This document shows, piece by piece, positions 62,433 to 64,000 of a stretch of 64,000 nt of DNA. This DNA is from Octopus vulgaris (lineage: Eukaryota): assembly GCA_951406725.2 (NCBI GenBank), contig OX597814.1:182652001-182716000 (forward strand). The letters run 5' to 3'. The notes under the pieces are model-generated. The model had not been told where the DNA came from. It worked only from the letters and a program-made list of their open reading frames with translations, and ran no database searches. The first letter of the stretch is position 1. Each line of letters starts with the position of its first letter. The position numbers were made by a program, and so were the translations under genes.

Positions 62433-62502
62433 AAATGATACACTAAATGTAATGATACAGCCTAAATGATACACTAAATGTGATGAAATTGAAAATTTAC
62501 AA

Positions 62503-62759
62503 CAAGAAGCCCATCATATATGTGTATATGTATATATATGTGTGTGTATGTTTGTGTGTTTGTGTTTGTTCCCCCCAACATCGCTTGACAACCGATGCTG
62601 GTGTGTTTATGTCCCCATAACATAGCGGTTCGGCAAAAGAGACCGATGGAATCAGTACTAGGCTTACAAAGAATAAGTCCTGGGGTCGATTTGCTCGACT
62701 AGAGGCAGTGCTCCAGCATGGCTGCAGTCAAATGACTGAAACGAGTAAAAGAAAAAGAA
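62503..62759 (+). mobile_element. SINE family C, 5' truncated
   Basis: 3' two-thirds of family C. Confidence 0.85.
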
Positions 62760-63039
62760 ATTTAGGCTGTATCATTATTGTAACATCATACACACGCAAA
62801 CAACAACTAGCTTATTCTTTTATGCTACATGCAAGTAAATGAAAACAACCAAATGTCTGTGTACAGTTACGAAATCCTCCTAATGTCCTGATGTAGAAAG
62901 CTTGAATTAAAACCTTCTTGCCTAACTGTCCTGATGAATTGAATGTGTCCAACTTCTCTCATTGATCAATATTGTACTATTTCTATTATGGCTGATTTAC
63001 TTCAGTAGTGTTCTCTCGGCAAAGTTGTTTTGTTCAGTT

Positions 63040-63350
63040 ATCCTATACATATATACATATGCACATACTCATTTATGTCTGTAGGTATATACATGTGTAT
63101 GTACATTCTTATGTATGTTTGTATGTATGTATGTATGTATGTATGTATGTATGTATGTATGTATGTATGTGTGTGTGTCTGTATGTGTGTGTGTCTGTAT
63201 GTGTGTATGTATGTATGTATGTATATATGTATGTATGTACGTATGTATATATGTATGTATGTACGTATATATGTATGTATGTATGTACGTATATATGTAT
63301 GTGTATGTACGTACGTATGTAGATGTAGGTACATACACATGTACACACAT
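63040..63350. repeat. (ATGT)n / (GT)n compound microsatellite
   Basis: Direct inspection. Confidence 0.95.
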
Positions 63351-63354
63351 AAGT

Positions 63355-63810
63355 ACATCATCATCGTTCAATGTCCATTTTCCATGCTAGCATGGGTTGG
63401 ACGATTCGACCGGGGTCTGGGAAGCCAGGAGGCTGCACCAGGCTCCAGTCTGATCTGGCAGTGTTTCTACAGCTAGATGCCCTTCCTAACGACAACCACT
63501 CCAAGAGTGTAGTGGGTACTTTTTACGTGCCACTGGCCCAGGTGCCAGGGAAGTCTATCAACGGCCAAGATTTGTTGGTGCTTTTTATGTGCTACTGGCA
63601 CGGAAGCCGGCCACGTTCAGATGGTGCTTTTTACGTGCCACCAGCACGAGTACCACAACTACAATTTCCATTTGATTTTTATTTTGATGTTGATGTACTT
63701 GACTCAATAGGTCTCCTCTAGCACAGCAGGTCGCCCTACGATCCAAAATAAGCATAGCAGGCCGTCCTGCGATCCATGGTACTTTGGATGGGCTGGGGCT
63801 GCTATGTGAA
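63355..63810 (-). mobile_element. SINE family A
   Basis: Reverse-complement copy; a partial copy also lies at about 51218-51368. Confidence 0.85.
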
Positions 63811-64000
63811 GGCTGGGGCTATGTATGTATATACATGCAAATGTGCATAGATATATATATGCGTGTACATATGTACATGGATAAGCACATACATAAGTAC
63901 ATATATATACACACATTCATATGTGTGGATGCATGTATACAAACATGCATGTGTTTGTGTGTGTGTGTGAGTGCATGCATCATTATATGTCATTTTCTAG

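Noticed and set aside
62865-62960. GAAA and CTGATG(A) words as a second hammerhead ribozyme
   Set aside because: No pairing stems I-III could be drawn around the core words.
63008-63476. Several overlapping ORFs rich in YVCM / HTYI
   Set aside because: Translations of the (ATGT)n microsatellite.

Overview
AT-rich, repeat-dense animal genomic DNA. The SINE families and gene content point to an octopus (coleoid cephalopod); the taxon is inferred. Four intron-containing genes can be supported. (1) The last three coding exons of prefoldin subunit 6 (PFDN6, + strand, 949-4483). (2) A 1323-aa C2H2 zinc-finger gene with 11 fingers and one coding exon (+, 18850-22821). (3) A spliced, unassigned gene on the minus strand (about 35008 down to 24958). 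(4) Six coding exons of a CCHCR1-like coiled-coil gene (+, 50837-61307, continuing past the window). The rest is SINEs, decayed LINEs (RTE, CR1, R4/Dong, Tx1/L1, CRE-like), a DD41D Tc1/mariner relic, Merlin-, hAT-, piggyBac- and pogo-type MITEs, non-autonomous Helitrons and microsatellites. Most notable observations: a TSD-bounded retrozyme-like element with a minimal hammerhead core (59091-59540); a MITE carrying an inverted copy of its own empty target site (37201-38709); linkage of two genes whose human orthologues lie in the MHC; a 223-bp miniature LTR element; and a 172-bp spacerless palindrome. All calls were made by eye, and repeat boundaries are approximate unless a TSD is quoted.
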